From a bacterium (GTDB lineage: Bacteria; UBA8248), in assembly GCA_965200245.1 (NCBI GenBank), contig CBDATS010000004.1, positions 64,001-128,000 of the forward strand: a DNA stretch of 64,000 nt, read 5' to 3'. Position 1 is the stretch's first letter. Each line of letters opens with the position of its first letter. Positions 30,290-39,587 of this stretch are shown one piece after another. The notes beneath the pieces are model-generated. The model was not told the DNA's origin, ran no database searches, and saw only the letters and a list, made by a program, of their open reading frames with translations. A program made the position numbers and the translations under genes.

Positions 30290-31269
30290 ACCCTGAACCT
30301 CTGTATGTTGCTCTTAAGAATCACTCCCAACGACCCCCAGCCGCGGCTCTTCACCTCCTGGGCGAGGGTCATCAGGCCGCGCGGGATGAACAAGACGACC
30401 AGTACGATGATGATCCCGAGAAACGCGCTATGAAATTCCGTGAACGCCCCCCACAGGTAATCCGACAGGTATTCCATCATCAACGCGCCCACGAGCGGAC
30501 CCATCACCGTCCCCACGCCGCCAAGCATCGACATCACAATCGCCTTGATGGAATACAAGACGTCAAAAACGTCGATGGGCTCCAGAAACGCAGCCTGGTA
30601 GGCGTACACGCCACCGGCCATCGCAGGGAAAATGGATGAGAGCACGAAGGCGATAATTTTGTACTTCGTCGTATCCACGCCCGTCATGGCAGCCGCGTCC
30701 TCGTTCTCCCGGATGGCGACGAGTCCATAGCCCAGGCGGTGTCTGGTGACGAAGTACTGCGTCAGGATGGCCAACACGGCCACACCGAGCATGGAGAAAT
30801 AGAAAAAGCGCGTGAAGTAATCCGGCCCGCCGGTTATCTGGGGAAGATTGATGCCGTCTCCCCCGCCGGTAATGCGCAGGTTATCCGCCAGTTCGCGAAA
30901 GAATTCCGCCACGCCAAAAGTGGCAATGGCGAAGTAGTGACCCCGCAATCTCAATATGGGAACGCCCAGGGCGAGCGCAACGAGAGCACCCAGGCATGCG
31001 CCGACCCCCAGGGTAAGGAAGAAATTGAAGCCCGCGTTCATCAGGATGGCCGTTGTGTACGCCCCCAGCCCGAAAAAAGCGGCCGGCGCGAAGGAAGGAT
31101 AGCCCGTAAGGCCGCCGATGAAATTCCAGCTCGTCGCCAGGATGGCCACCATCAGAATGTCCATCCACTTTCTGATCTCGTCGTTCTCCACGAAAGAGGG
31201 CAAGAGGATGAGGGCGAACACGCCCACCCCCATGCCGAACCATTGAACGTGGGACCAGGGTCTGAACAT
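30286..31269 (-). CDS. livM: LIV-type ABC permease (LivM-like)
   Basis: LRLRGHYFAIAT, AIRENEDAA, LGGVGT, PRGL. Confidence 0.9.
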   Translation of the reverse strand: MFRPWSHVQWFGMGVGVFALILLPSFVENDEIRKWMDILMVAILATSWNFIGGLTGYPSFAPAAFFGLGAYTTAILMNAGFNFFLTLGVGACLGALVALALGVPILRLRGHYFAIATFGVAEFFRELADNLRITGGGDGINLPQITGGPDYFTRFFYFSMLGVAVLAILTQYFVTRHRLGYGLVAIRENEDAAAMTGVDTTKYKIIAFVLSSIFPAMAGGVYAYQAAFLEPIDVFDVLYSIKAIVMSMLGGVGTVMGPLVGALMMEYLSDYLWGAFTEFHSAFLGIIIVLVVLFIPRGLMTLAQEVKSRGWGSLGVILKSNIQRFRV

Positions 31270-31270
31270 G

Positions 31271-32146
31271 TTATTCGAAACCCTTTCTGCCCAGCAGGCC
31301 CGACGGCTTGATGAAGAGCACGAGAATCAACAGCACGTAGCCGATGGCGTTCTGCAGTCCGGGACCGAGGTAAAGGGCGCCGAAATTCTCGGCAAGCCCC
31401 AGGAGCAGCCCCCCTGCGAGCGCACCCGTGATGTTCCCCAGGCCCCCGATGGTGCAAATGATGAAGGATTTCGAGAGGAATTCCACATCGCTTACCGGCG
31501 ATATGGCGAAACCCACGCTGACCAGAGAACCCGACGTGGCGGCTGCCGCCGCGCCAATTCCATAGGTGATGGCGTAGATTCTGCCGATGTCGACGCCCAT
31601 CAACTGAGCGGAATCCAGATCCATTCTTGTGGCGCGTATCGCCCGACCCGTGCGCGTACGCCCCATGAACCAGAAGAGAATACTCGTGAGAATGACGCCC
31701 AGCACGAATATGGAAATCCGGACGAAGGGAACAGAAAGACCCATGAAGGGGATGGAAAACCCCGCATAGGAGGGCTGTACCGACCTGAAATCGCCGGTGA
31801 AGAAATAGATCGCGAGCCTCACGATGAGCAACTGAAGTCCGAAGGTGAGAATCAGGGACATGAACATGGGCGCACGCACGATCTTGTTGATCAACCCGCG
31901 CTGCACCACGTAGCCCGCACAGAACATGGAGACGGCGGACAATGGAAGGGACAGGAACGGATCCAGTCCGTAGAGCTTGAACATCCAGTATGTGACGTAA
32001 CCGCCCAGCATCAAGAACGTGCCGTGCAGGATGTTGAGGATGTTCATCACACCCCAGACGAGCGAAAAACCGACCGCTATGCAGGCGTATATGCCCCCCA
32101 GCAGAATGCTGTTAATCAGGATCTGGGCGTAAACCATGTTTCCCAC
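31271..32146 (-). CDS. livH: LIV-type ABC permease (LivH-like)
   Basis: GFSLVWGVMNILN, TRTGRAIRA, IGGLGN, KPSGLLG. Confidence 0.9.
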   Translation of the reverse strand: MGNMVYAQILINSILLGGIYACIAVGFSLVWGVMNILNILHGTFLMLGGYVTYWMFKLYGLDPFLSLPLSAVSMFCAGYVVQRGLINKIVRAPMFMSLILTFGLQLLIVRLAIYFFTGDFRSVQPSYAGFSIPFMGLSVPFVRISIFVLGVILTSILFWFMGRTRTGRAIRATRMDLDSAQLMGVDIGRIYAITYGIGAAAAATSGSLVSVGFAISPVSDVEFLSKSFIICTIGGLGNITGALAGGLLLGLAENFGALYLGPGLQNAIGYVLLILVLFIKPSGLLGRKGFE

Positions 32147-32167
32147 CCACGGGCTTTTCGCACGACG

Positions 32168-33223
32168 CTAGGTGATGATCTCCCACTCGCTGGAATACCT
32201 GTCAAGTTGCGCCGCGCTGTATGGATCCACGTGATGCTCACGTTCTGGAATCTCGATGTTTTTTTCTTCCCCGCACAAGGCGGTGGTGAAATAGCGCTGT
32301 CCCGTGTCGTTGATGTTCGTGACGATGTTTTGCAGTTCAGGATGCCTGCGGGCCAGCTTGAGGGCGGCCATCACGTTGCAGCCCGAGGAGATGCCGCAGA
32401 AAACCCCCTCCTCTCGCGTGAGGCGCCGCGCCATCTCGATCGACTCCTCCGTCGTCGTCGTCACGATGCCCGTAAGCTGGGAGAGGTCGAGCGCCCTGGG
32501 CACGAAGCCGTCTCCGATGCCCTCGATGCCGTGCGGTCCCCAGCCCCTTTGGCTCAGGAGCGGGCACTCTTCGGGCTCCACAGCGTATAGTTTTACGTCG
32601 GGGTTGTCCTCGCGAAGGAATTTCCCCACGCCGCTCACCCAGCCGCCCGTTCCCTGCGATGCAACGACGGCGTCGACGCGCCCATCCAGTTGCTCGTGAA
32701 TCTCGGGCCCCGTCGTGAGATAGTGCGCCTCGTTGTTGTCCAGGTTGTCGAACTGGGCGGGAACCCAGTATTGCTCCGGCGAAGCCGAGCGGATTTCCTC
32801 GAGTTTTTCGAGTGCGAGATCGACGTCGCTCTCCCCGCCCGGCGTAAATACCAGGTCCGCCCCGTAGGCGCGCATGAGCTTTTTGCGCTCATCGCTCATC
32901 CCTTCGGGCATGACAACGACGCAAGGGTAGCCTTTCACCGCGGATACGAATGAACACGCGATGCCTGCATTGCCGGTGGAACATTCGAGCACCGTCATAC
33001 CTGATCTCAAGTCGCCGCGCTCCTCCGCTTTCAGGAGCATGTTGTAGTAGATGCGATCCTTGAGGCTGCCAGAGGGCGAATACCATTCGAGCTTTACGTA
33101 GATATCCGGCACCACATCCGCCGCCACCCTGTTCAAGCGAATCAGGGGCGTAGCCCCGATGGCGTCAAAAATGTTTTCCGAATAGCGTCTGTAGGAATCC
33201 CAATCTCTTCTTTGAATGCCCAT
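32168..33223 (-). CDS. PLP-dependent cysteine synthase family protein (paralog 1)
   Basis: IGATPL, KLEWYSPSGSLKDR (PLP Lys), HYLTTGPEI, GTGG, GISSG. Confidence 0.88.
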   Translation of the reverse strand: MGIQRRDWDSYRRYSENIFDAIGATPLIRLNRVAADVVPDIYVKLEWYSPSGSLKDRIYYNMLLKAEERGDLRSGMTVLECSTGNAGIACSFVSAVKGYPCVVVMPEGMSDERKKLMRAYGADLVFTPGGESDVDLALEKLEEIRSASPEQYWVPAQFDNLDNNEAHYLTTGPEIHEQLDGRVDAVVASQGTGGWVSGVGKFLREDNPDVKLYAVEPEECPLLSQRGWGPHGIEGIGDGFVPRALDLSQLTGIVTTTTEESIEMARRLTREEGVFCGISSGCNVMAALKLARRHPELQNIVTNINDTGQRYFTTALCGEEKNIEIPEREHHVDPYSAAQLDRYSSEWEIIT

Positions 33224-33253
33224 CTCATCTGCCCTGGAAAGAAGGGGAAAACC

Positions 33254-34306
33254 TCATTCGATGATTTCCCATGAGGCCCTGAATTTCTGGAGCATCACCT
33301 CCCTGTCTCCTTCGACGACATCCTGGAGTGCCGCCTCCATCTCCGATTCATCATGGCAAAGCGGGGTGGAGAAGTAACGCTGTCCCGAGTCCCCGAAAAT
33401 GGTGACGATTCGACCGACCTCGGGGTAGGATCGTGCGAATTTTATCGCTGCCGCCAGATTGCAGCCCGAGGATATCCCGCAGAAAAGCCCCTCCTCACGC
33501 GAGGCGCGTCTCGCTATGCGGAGCGATTCTTCGGTCGAAGCTGTGATGATGCCGTCGATGATGGATAGATCCAGAATGTTGGGAATCAGACCGTCTCCGA
33601 TTCCCGCGATGCCGTGCCCGCAACATATGCCCTCGCTGATCAAGGGTGATTCCGTTGGCTCCACGCCATATATCTTGAGATTCGGGTTTTTCTCCCTCAA
33701 ATATCGCCCCACGCCCGTGAGCCAGCCGCCCGTGCCTACAGCAGCAATGAGCGCGTCCACATCGCCATCCAGTTGCTCCCAGATTTCCGGACCCGAAGTG
33801 GTGTAGTGCGTGTCCACGTTGTCCATGTTCTCGAATTCGGCGGGAACCCAGTATTTTTCGGAGTCGCTCGCGGCCATTTCCTTCATGCGAGCGAGCGCAA
33901 CGTCCACATCGCTCTCTCCACCCGGGGTGGTAATGAGTTCGGCACCAAAGGCGCGAATCATCTTCTTTCGCTCGGGGCTCATCAACTCCGGCATCACGAT
34001 AATGCACGGATAGCCCCTGACCGCAGCAGCAGCCGCGCAGGCGATGCCCGCACTGCCGGACGAGCACTCCAGGATCACCTTTCCGGGCACAAGATCCCCG
34101 CGCGCCTCTGCACGGGAGATCATCTGTTCATAAATACGATCCTTGAGGCTGCCCGTGGGGGAATACCACTCGATCTTGGCGAAAATTTCAGGCCGAAGTC
34201 CCTGCGTGATTCGTCCCAGCTTCACCAAAGGGGTGAAACCCACCGCGTCGAAAATCGTCTCCGAAGCCGAAGACAGGCTGTCCCATTTTCTCGATGTTGC
34301 CTGCAT
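33254..34306 (-). CDS. PLP-dependent cysteine synthase family protein (paralog 2)
   Basis: KIEWYSPTGSLKDR, HYTTSGPEI, GTGG, GISSG, DSGQRY. Confidence 0.88.
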   Translation of the reverse strand: MQATSRKWDSLSSASETIFDAVGFTPLVKLGRITQGLRPEIFAKIEWYSPTGSLKDRIYEQMISRAEARGDLVPGKVILECSSGSAGIACAAAAAVRGYPCIIVMPELMSPERKKMIRAFGAELITTPGGESDVDVALARMKEMAASDSEKYWVPAEFENMDNVDTHYTTSGPEIWEQLDGDVDALIAAVGTGGWLTGVGRYLREKNPNLKIYGVEPTESPLISEGICCGHGIAGIGDGLIPNILDLSIIDGIITASTEESLRIARRASREEGLFCGISSGCNLAAAIKFARSYPEVGRIVTIFGDSGQRYFSTPLCHDESEMEAALQDVVEGDREVMLQKFRASWEIIE

Positions 34307-34343
34307 CGTTCTGCTCCCGTGCGCGGCGCGTGACTGAACCGAT

Positions 34344-35300
34344 CTACATCGATCGCAGACGGGGGATAATTTCCTTCGCCACGATTTCCACCTGTTCCAT
34401 CCGGTATTTGTAGGGAACGAAAATGAGCCGGTTCACCCCGGTCTCGACATGGGCCTGAAGTTGCGCCACGCATTCATCCACATTTCCCATAATGGCGCTC
34501 TTCGCCGTGGACTCGCTCCAGGAGGCGTAGTCCCACTCGGTGTGAAGCCATTTGTTCATCGGCCCTTCGACGTCCGCGCGCGAGTCGCCCACCATGATGG
34601 GCAGCTGGTTCGTGCTCTCGAGCACAGCGGGGTCGCGCCCGGCTTCCTCGGCGAAGCGACACACCTTCTCCCAGGATTTCGTGAAACTCTCGGGCGTGTA
34701 GAAATAGGTGAGCCAGCCATCACCCTTCTCTCCCGCGCGTCTGAGCACGCGATCGACGTAGCCTCCGATGAGGATGCTCGGCCTCGGGCTTTGCACGGGT
34801 TTCGGGAACATGACGGAGTTTCTGAGATTGTAGGGGCCGTATTCGGCGCGAACCATGTCTTCCGTCCAGAGCCTCGTGATGATCTCGATGTTCTGATCCA
34901 TGATGTTGCCGCGCTTTTCGAAAGGCACGCCCACCGCATCGAACTCGCGCTTGTACCAGCCCGACGCCATGCCGACGATGAGGCGGCCGTTCGATATCTG
35001 GTCGATGCTGGACAGTTGTTTCGCCGCGACGAGTGGATTCCTGAGCGGCAAGACGAGCACGCCCGTGCCGAGCTTGATCCTGCTCGTGCGCGCGGCCACG
35101 GCCGTCAGGAGTGTCAACGACTCGATGATGGGAAAGTGCGGCTCCACGCCAAGAAGAATATGATCCCACACCCACAGGGACTCGAAGTCCAACTCCTCCA
35201 GGGCAACACCGTATTCGATGAGTGCCGCCGCGCCGGGAAGTTCGGGATACGCGGTGAAATTCCGCATGGCGATTCCGTACTTGACATCTTGTCCTGACAT
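34344..35300 (-). CDS. LLM-class (luciferase-like, flavin/F420-dependent) oxidoreductase
   Basis: SLWVWDH, RIKLGTGV, SNGRL, PKPVQSPRP, GDGW. Confidence 0.9.
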   Translation of the reverse strand: MSGQDVKYGIAMRNFTAYPELPGAAALIEYGVALEELDFESLWVWDHILLGVEPHFPIIESLTLLTAVAARTSRIKLGTGVLVLPLRNPLVAAKQLSSIDQISNGRLIVGMASGWYKREFDAVGVPFEKRGNIMDQNIEIITRLWTEDMVRAEYGPYNLRNSVMFPKPVQSPRPSILIGGYVDRVLRRAGEKGDGWLTYFYTPESFTKSWEKVCRFAEEAGRDPAVLESTNQLPIMVGDSRADVEGPMNKWLHTEWDYASWSESTAKSAIMGNVDECVAQLQAHVETGVNRLIFVPYKYRMEQVEIVAKEIIPRLRSM

Positions 35301-35316
35301 GTCGGTTCCCTCGGTA

Positions 35317-36585
35317 TTATTCCGCTCCGCACCAATCCAGAATGGCGAGAGCCAGGGTTTTCGTCGCGTCGATTACGTCCTCCACCGCCACCCACTCGTT
35401 GTTCGCGTGCATTTGTGTAGTGGGGCCCGGGCCGAAGATCACCGTCGGGATGCCGGCGAAACCGTTGAGAAAACGCGTATCCGCCGCTCCCTGGCGCCCG
35501 GAAATCTCAGGGGTGTTGCCCGAGACTTCCCGGTAGGCATTCGCCACCGTCTTCACAATGGGATGATCGGCTTCTACCGCTGCTGACTCGGCATAATAGC
35601 CCACGAAACGTACATCCGGGGGATGATCCCTCATCCAGGGATCTTTCGCCGCCGCCTGCGCCACCTGATCAACCAGGCTCTGTTTGGCCGCGTCGTGATC
35701 CTCGCCGGGTACCGTGGCGAGACTTCCCTTTAGCACGCAGGTATCCGGGAAAGCACTCGGGAAGCTGCCCGCCTCCATCGATCCGACCATGCATGGAATC
35801 GCGTCGATGATTTTGGGATACAGCGGATGGGATACGGTTTCGAGGCGTTTTTTCTCGAGATCAGCCACCGCCTGTACGATCTTGTAGCCCAGGTCGATGG
35901 CGTTCACGCCCTCATATCTCCGTTGAATGCCCGCCGCCTTTCCGCATACCAGTATCTCGAACCAGATCCTGCCGATGCAGCCGGGCTGAACGGCGTTTCC
36001 GCTCGTCTCGCAGCAAATCCCCGCATCCGCCGTGTAACCGCGCAAAATGGTGTCGAGCGTGCCGTGGCCGCTCAGTTCCTCATCCACAACGAAATCGAGA
36101 ATCACGTCTCCCCTGGGCTTGAGCCCTGCCGCCATGAAGCATTTCGCCGCCATGATGATGGCCGCCACCCCGCTTTTCATGTCCGAGGCGCCACGCCCAT
36201 AGAGGCGGCCGCCCGCGATGTCTGCGGAGAGCGGCCCATGTTCCCAGGCGTCGAGCGGGCCATTGGGTACGGTATCGGTGTGGCCGTTCATCAGGAGCGA
36301 CCTGCCTCCGCCCGAGCCCTTCAGCACGCCGACCACGTTGGGTCTTCCCTCGTAGCCTCTGGTGACAGGCACGTATTCAGGATGTTTTTTGAGTTCCTCC
36401 CAGTCCGATTCCCATACGTCGACCTCGATGTTCATCTCGCGCAAAAAATCGGCGATATAGGCCTGGATTTCTCCCTCATCACCCGTCACGCTCGGAATCT
36501 GAACGAGTCTGGTGAGCAGGGTGATTATCTCGTCCCGATGGGCGTCAACCTGTTGAAGAATCTTTTCTTTTTGCTCGGTGCTCAT
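35317..36585 (-). CDS. M20 ArgE/DapE family deacylase
   Basis: NGHTDTVP, GRGASDMK, DEE, HANNE metal-binding motifs. Confidence 0.92.
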   Translation of the reverse strand: MSTEQKEKILQQVDAHRDEIITLLTRLVQIPSVTGDEGEIQAYIADFLREMNIEVDVWESDWEELKKHPEYVPVTRGYEGRPNVVGVLKGSGGGRSLLMNGHTDTVPNGPLDAWEHGPLSADIAGGRLYGRGASDMKSGVAAIIMAAKCFMAAGLKPRGDVILDFVVDEELSGHGTLDTILRGYTADAGICCETSGNAVQPGCIGRIWFEILVCGKAAGIQRRYEGVNAIDLGYKIVQAVADLEKKRLETVSHPLYPKIIDAIPCMVGSMEAGSFPSAFPDTCVLKGSLATVPGEDHDAAKQSLVDQVAQAAAKDPWMRDHPPDVRFVGYYAESAAVEADHPIVKTVANAYREVSGNTPEISGRQGAADTRFLNGFAGIPTVIFGPGPTTQMHANNEWVAVEDVIDATKTLALAILDWCGAE

Positions 36586-36600
36586 GGCGACTCCATTTGC

Positions 36601-37374
36601 TTATGCGGTGTAAACCTTGTCCGGGTCCAGCTTGCGAAGCGTGGCCAACTCCTCCGCTGTGGGCGGCTCGGTGGCCGGAATGGAGGAACCCATGATGAGT
36701 TCGAAGCCCGTGTTCTCCTGCACCTGTTCGGGCGTAACGCCCGGGTGCAGGGCCTCGACGCACATCCTGCCCGTATCCTCATCGAATCCAAGAATCGCGA
36801 GATCCGTGACAACCCGGTACATACCGCCTGCTATCAGTCCCGAATCGCGTCTCGACGTTCCGCCCCGGATGTAGCCCGGACTTGTAATGAAATCCACGTT
36901 CTCCACGAACCGGCGCTTCTCCTGCGGCATTGCTACGATCATCCTGGTGAGACTCGAAATGTCGTTCCCCCCGCCCGTGCCGGGCAACCGAACGGAGGGA
37001 TCGTCCGCGCTCCCGATGAAGGAACTGTTCAGGTTGCCGTACTGATCGATTTGAGCACCCCCCATAAAGCCCACATCCACGTAGCCGCGCTGAAGCAGGA
37101 GCAGCACCTCGGTGATGCTCACCAGCATGTTCGCCTTTCGCGTGCAGCGCTGTTCGTTCGTGGTGGGCGGAAGCTGGCCGGGCACGACGTGCGGACCGAT
37201 CGTTCCACCCTCGAAGAGAATTGTCACACCGGGCGCATGGAGGCGCTGTGCCAGCGTGGCGGCCAGAAGCGGAATCCCCACGCCCGCGAAAACCACCTGC
37301 CCGTCTTCGAGCACGCGGGCGCTCATGACGCACAGAAGCTCGGACGCCGTGAAGTCTTTCGTCTCAGTCGTCAT
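36601..37374 (-). CDS. Family I CoA-transferase beta subunit (GctB/PcaJ-like)
   Basis: FAGVGIP, LFEGG, GGAQIDQYGNLN, PGTGGGND, VDFITSPG. Confidence 0.9.
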   Translation of the reverse strand: MTTETKDFTASELLCVMSARVLEDGQVVFAGVGIPLLAATLAQRLHAPGVTILFEGGTIGPHVVPGQLPPTTNEQRCTRKANMLVSITEVLLLLQRGYVDVGFMGGAQIDQYGNLNSSFIGSADDPSVRLPGTGGGNDISSLTRMIVAMPQEKRRFVENVDFITSPGYIRGGTSRRDSGLIAGGMYRVVTDLAILGFDEDTGRMCVEALHPGVTPEQVQENTGFELIMGSSIPATEPPTAEELATLRKLDPDKVYTA

Positions 37375-38329
37375 AAATGCTCCTCCCCCTGCGGGCCGCA
37401 TCCAACAGCTTCTCCAGGCCGATGAGATTCAGATATTCTGTCCAGTTCCGAGGTGCGTAGCAGTATTCATCCAGATACGCCTTCACGCCCTCTATCGGTT
37501 TTTTTCTCGTGAGTTCGGCGTAATAATCCATATGCGAGAACAAGGGCTCATAGACGCCGAAGCATTCATGCGGCGCGCAGCCGTAGGGAGCCTCCACCAC
37601 CGCGTCAACGGTGAAGAAAGGGATTCTCGTCTGATCCGGCCTTCTGCGAATCTGATCGTTCGAGATAATGCGCTCGGTGGTGAGGATGACGCGGTTCGCC
37701 GCCATCGCCATATCGATGTCCATGAACGTGAGACCGTCGAGTTGCGCGTTGCCGTACGGGTCGCAACGCTGCACGTGGATCAGCGCCACGTCGGGATTGA
37801 GAGCCGGAACGAGAAGAATCTTCTCGCCCGTGAACGGACACGACATCTCTTCCAGGTTATCGAGTCTGCCCGCCACGTCCGAACCCATCATCGAGCGCAT
37901 CGGCATGAACGGAACGCCCATGGCTCCCGCCCGGAAGCGCAGACCGATGGACATGTGGCTCCACTCCTCGAAGCGCGCCAGTTGGTTCTCGGTAAAATGG
38001 CGCATCACGCGTGAAACACCCCAGACGATTCCCTGACTGAACCAACTCGTGAGAATGTGATTCCCGATACCCGAGGCGAAGATGAGATCGCCTTCGGTGG
38101 AGACGATACTTCGAGAGAAGGAGAGGTTTTTCTTCCTCGCGCGTATGAGCGCCCAAATCATGGCGAAAGGGGTTCTCGAAGCCGTGGAACCACCCATGCT
38201 GACGTGATCGCCATCATTCACGAAATCGCACGCTTCCTCGAGCGTCATCACCTTCTCTCTCAGGCTTCGATCCCTTGCCTGGGTCCGGTCTCTGAGCGAA
38301 AGATATTCTTGCGTCACGTTTTTCTCCAT
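37364..38329 (-). CDS. Family I CoA-transferase alpha subunit (GctA/PcaI-like)
   Basis: DGDHVSMGG, AGAMGVPF, PDVALIHVQRCDPYGN, VDAVVEAPYG. Confidence 0.9.
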   Translation of the reverse strand: MEKNVTQEYLSLRDRTQARDRSLREKVMTLEEACDFVNDGDHVSMGGSTASRTPFAMIWALIRARKKNLSFSRSIVSTEGDLIFASGIGNHILTSWFSQGIVWGVSRVMRHFTENQLARFEEWSHMSIGLRFRAGAMGVPFMPMRSMMGSDVAGRLDNLEEMSCPFTGEKILLVPALNPDVALIHVQRCDPYGNAQLDGLTFMDIDMAMAANRVILTTERIISNDQIRRRPDQTRIPFFTVDAVVEAPYGCAPHECFGVYEPLFSHMDYYAELTRKKPIEGVKAYLDEYCYAPRNWTEYLNLIGLEKLLDAARRGRSIYDD

Positions 38330-38640
38330 CACGCCGGGAACCGGGATTCTCCCCGTGTAACGACGCGCTGAAAGCACCATCCCGAATGCCGAAAAACAAA
38401 AACTCTCCATTCGCAGATTAAACGCAAGACACCGGATTCGCAACAGGAAAAATCAGAATCGAATCTATTGAATAATTTAATGAATATTCCGTATGATATT
38501 TTTCCAGTTTCAGGGTTCCAAGCAAATTGTTGCACATATCGGGAGATACCGAGAAGGAACAAAGCCGGAATCGGCCTTCATATCATCAAAATTCGCAATA
38601 TGATGACAACTGCCGCGGCAAATGATTTCGCGAGGTTTTC

Positions 38641-39529
38641 ATGCTCAACCTGAGACAACTCGAGTATTTCTACCATGTGGCAAAACACGGCGGCTTCACC
38701 CGCGCGGCGAAACGGCTGCCCTTTCCCATCCAGCAACCCGCCCTCAGCATCCGGGTGAAGGCGCTCGAAACGGATCTCGGGGTAAAGCTTTACCGGATCG
38801 TGGTCCGCAAATTTCACCTGACGCCAAGTGGCGAATATCTCTTTGACACTGTCAAACCTTTTTTCGACTCCCTGGAGACCGTCGAACGGCATCTGCGTGG
38901 GGAAACCGCACGGGCGACTCGTCGTGGCCGAGGCAGCACCCATGCTGATCCTGAAGGGTCACAAGGCTGCGTTCCTCAAGTTTCGGGAACGCTACCCGAA
39001 CGTCCGGATATTCGTGCTGGAGAGAAACTGGACGAATCTGCTCGAATACGTCTCGGAAGGCACAGTCGATTTCGCATTCGGCTCGGCACCCGAGACGCGG
39101 GGGAATTTCTCTTTCGAGGAGTGGACAGAGACGGACTATCTCCTGTTGTGTCCCGAGGGACACGCCGTCCTGAAGGAGAAAGAAATCGCACTCGAAAGCA
39201 TCGCGGACCATCCTCTCATCCTGCTCGAACGAGGCACGGCGGACCGACAGCATGTCGAGCACACCTTCGAGAAGGAAGGTTTGTCTATCGATGTCGTCTT
39301 CGAGACTTCCTCCTACAGTCTGATCAACGAAGCCGTGCTGAACAGGGCGGGCATTGCCGTTGTCAACGCGCTCTGGCCCCGGCCCGAGTCCGCAACGAGA
39401 TGTGAAACCGCCAACACATCCCACCTGTTCGGAAAAAAGCGCATTGGCCTGTTCCGGCGAAACGACGTCTACCTCCCCCCCTACACCGGTGATTACCTCG
39501 TCATGCTCAGAGAAACCCTGATGGCGTAA
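38641..39529 (+). pseudogene. LysR-family regulator, frameshifted at about 38899-38902
   Basis: HTH (LRQLEYFYHVAKHGGFTRAA...QPALS) in ORF 38641; substrate-binding domain (GRLVVA...FRERYPNV...VDFAF) in the +1 frame. Removing one G from CGTGGGGAAACCG restores a single ORF. Confidence 0.85.
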
Positions 39530-39552
39530 CAATTGCACCCCGCACTGTGCTT

Positions 39553-39581
39553 TTGACGCTCCCTGCCCCATTTGTCATCAT
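39553..39581 (+). promoter_or_regulatory. sigma70-like promoter, possibly giving a leaderless ubiD mRNA
   Basis: TTGACG-17-CATCAT ends 6 nt before the ATG at 39588; no Shine-Dalgarno. Confidence 0.45.
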
Positions 39582-39587
39582 ACGCGC

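Noticed and set aside
38895-38906. Programmed -1 frameshift at GGGGAAA in lysR
   Set aside because: The downstream domain is in the +1 frame, so -1 slippage would not restore it.
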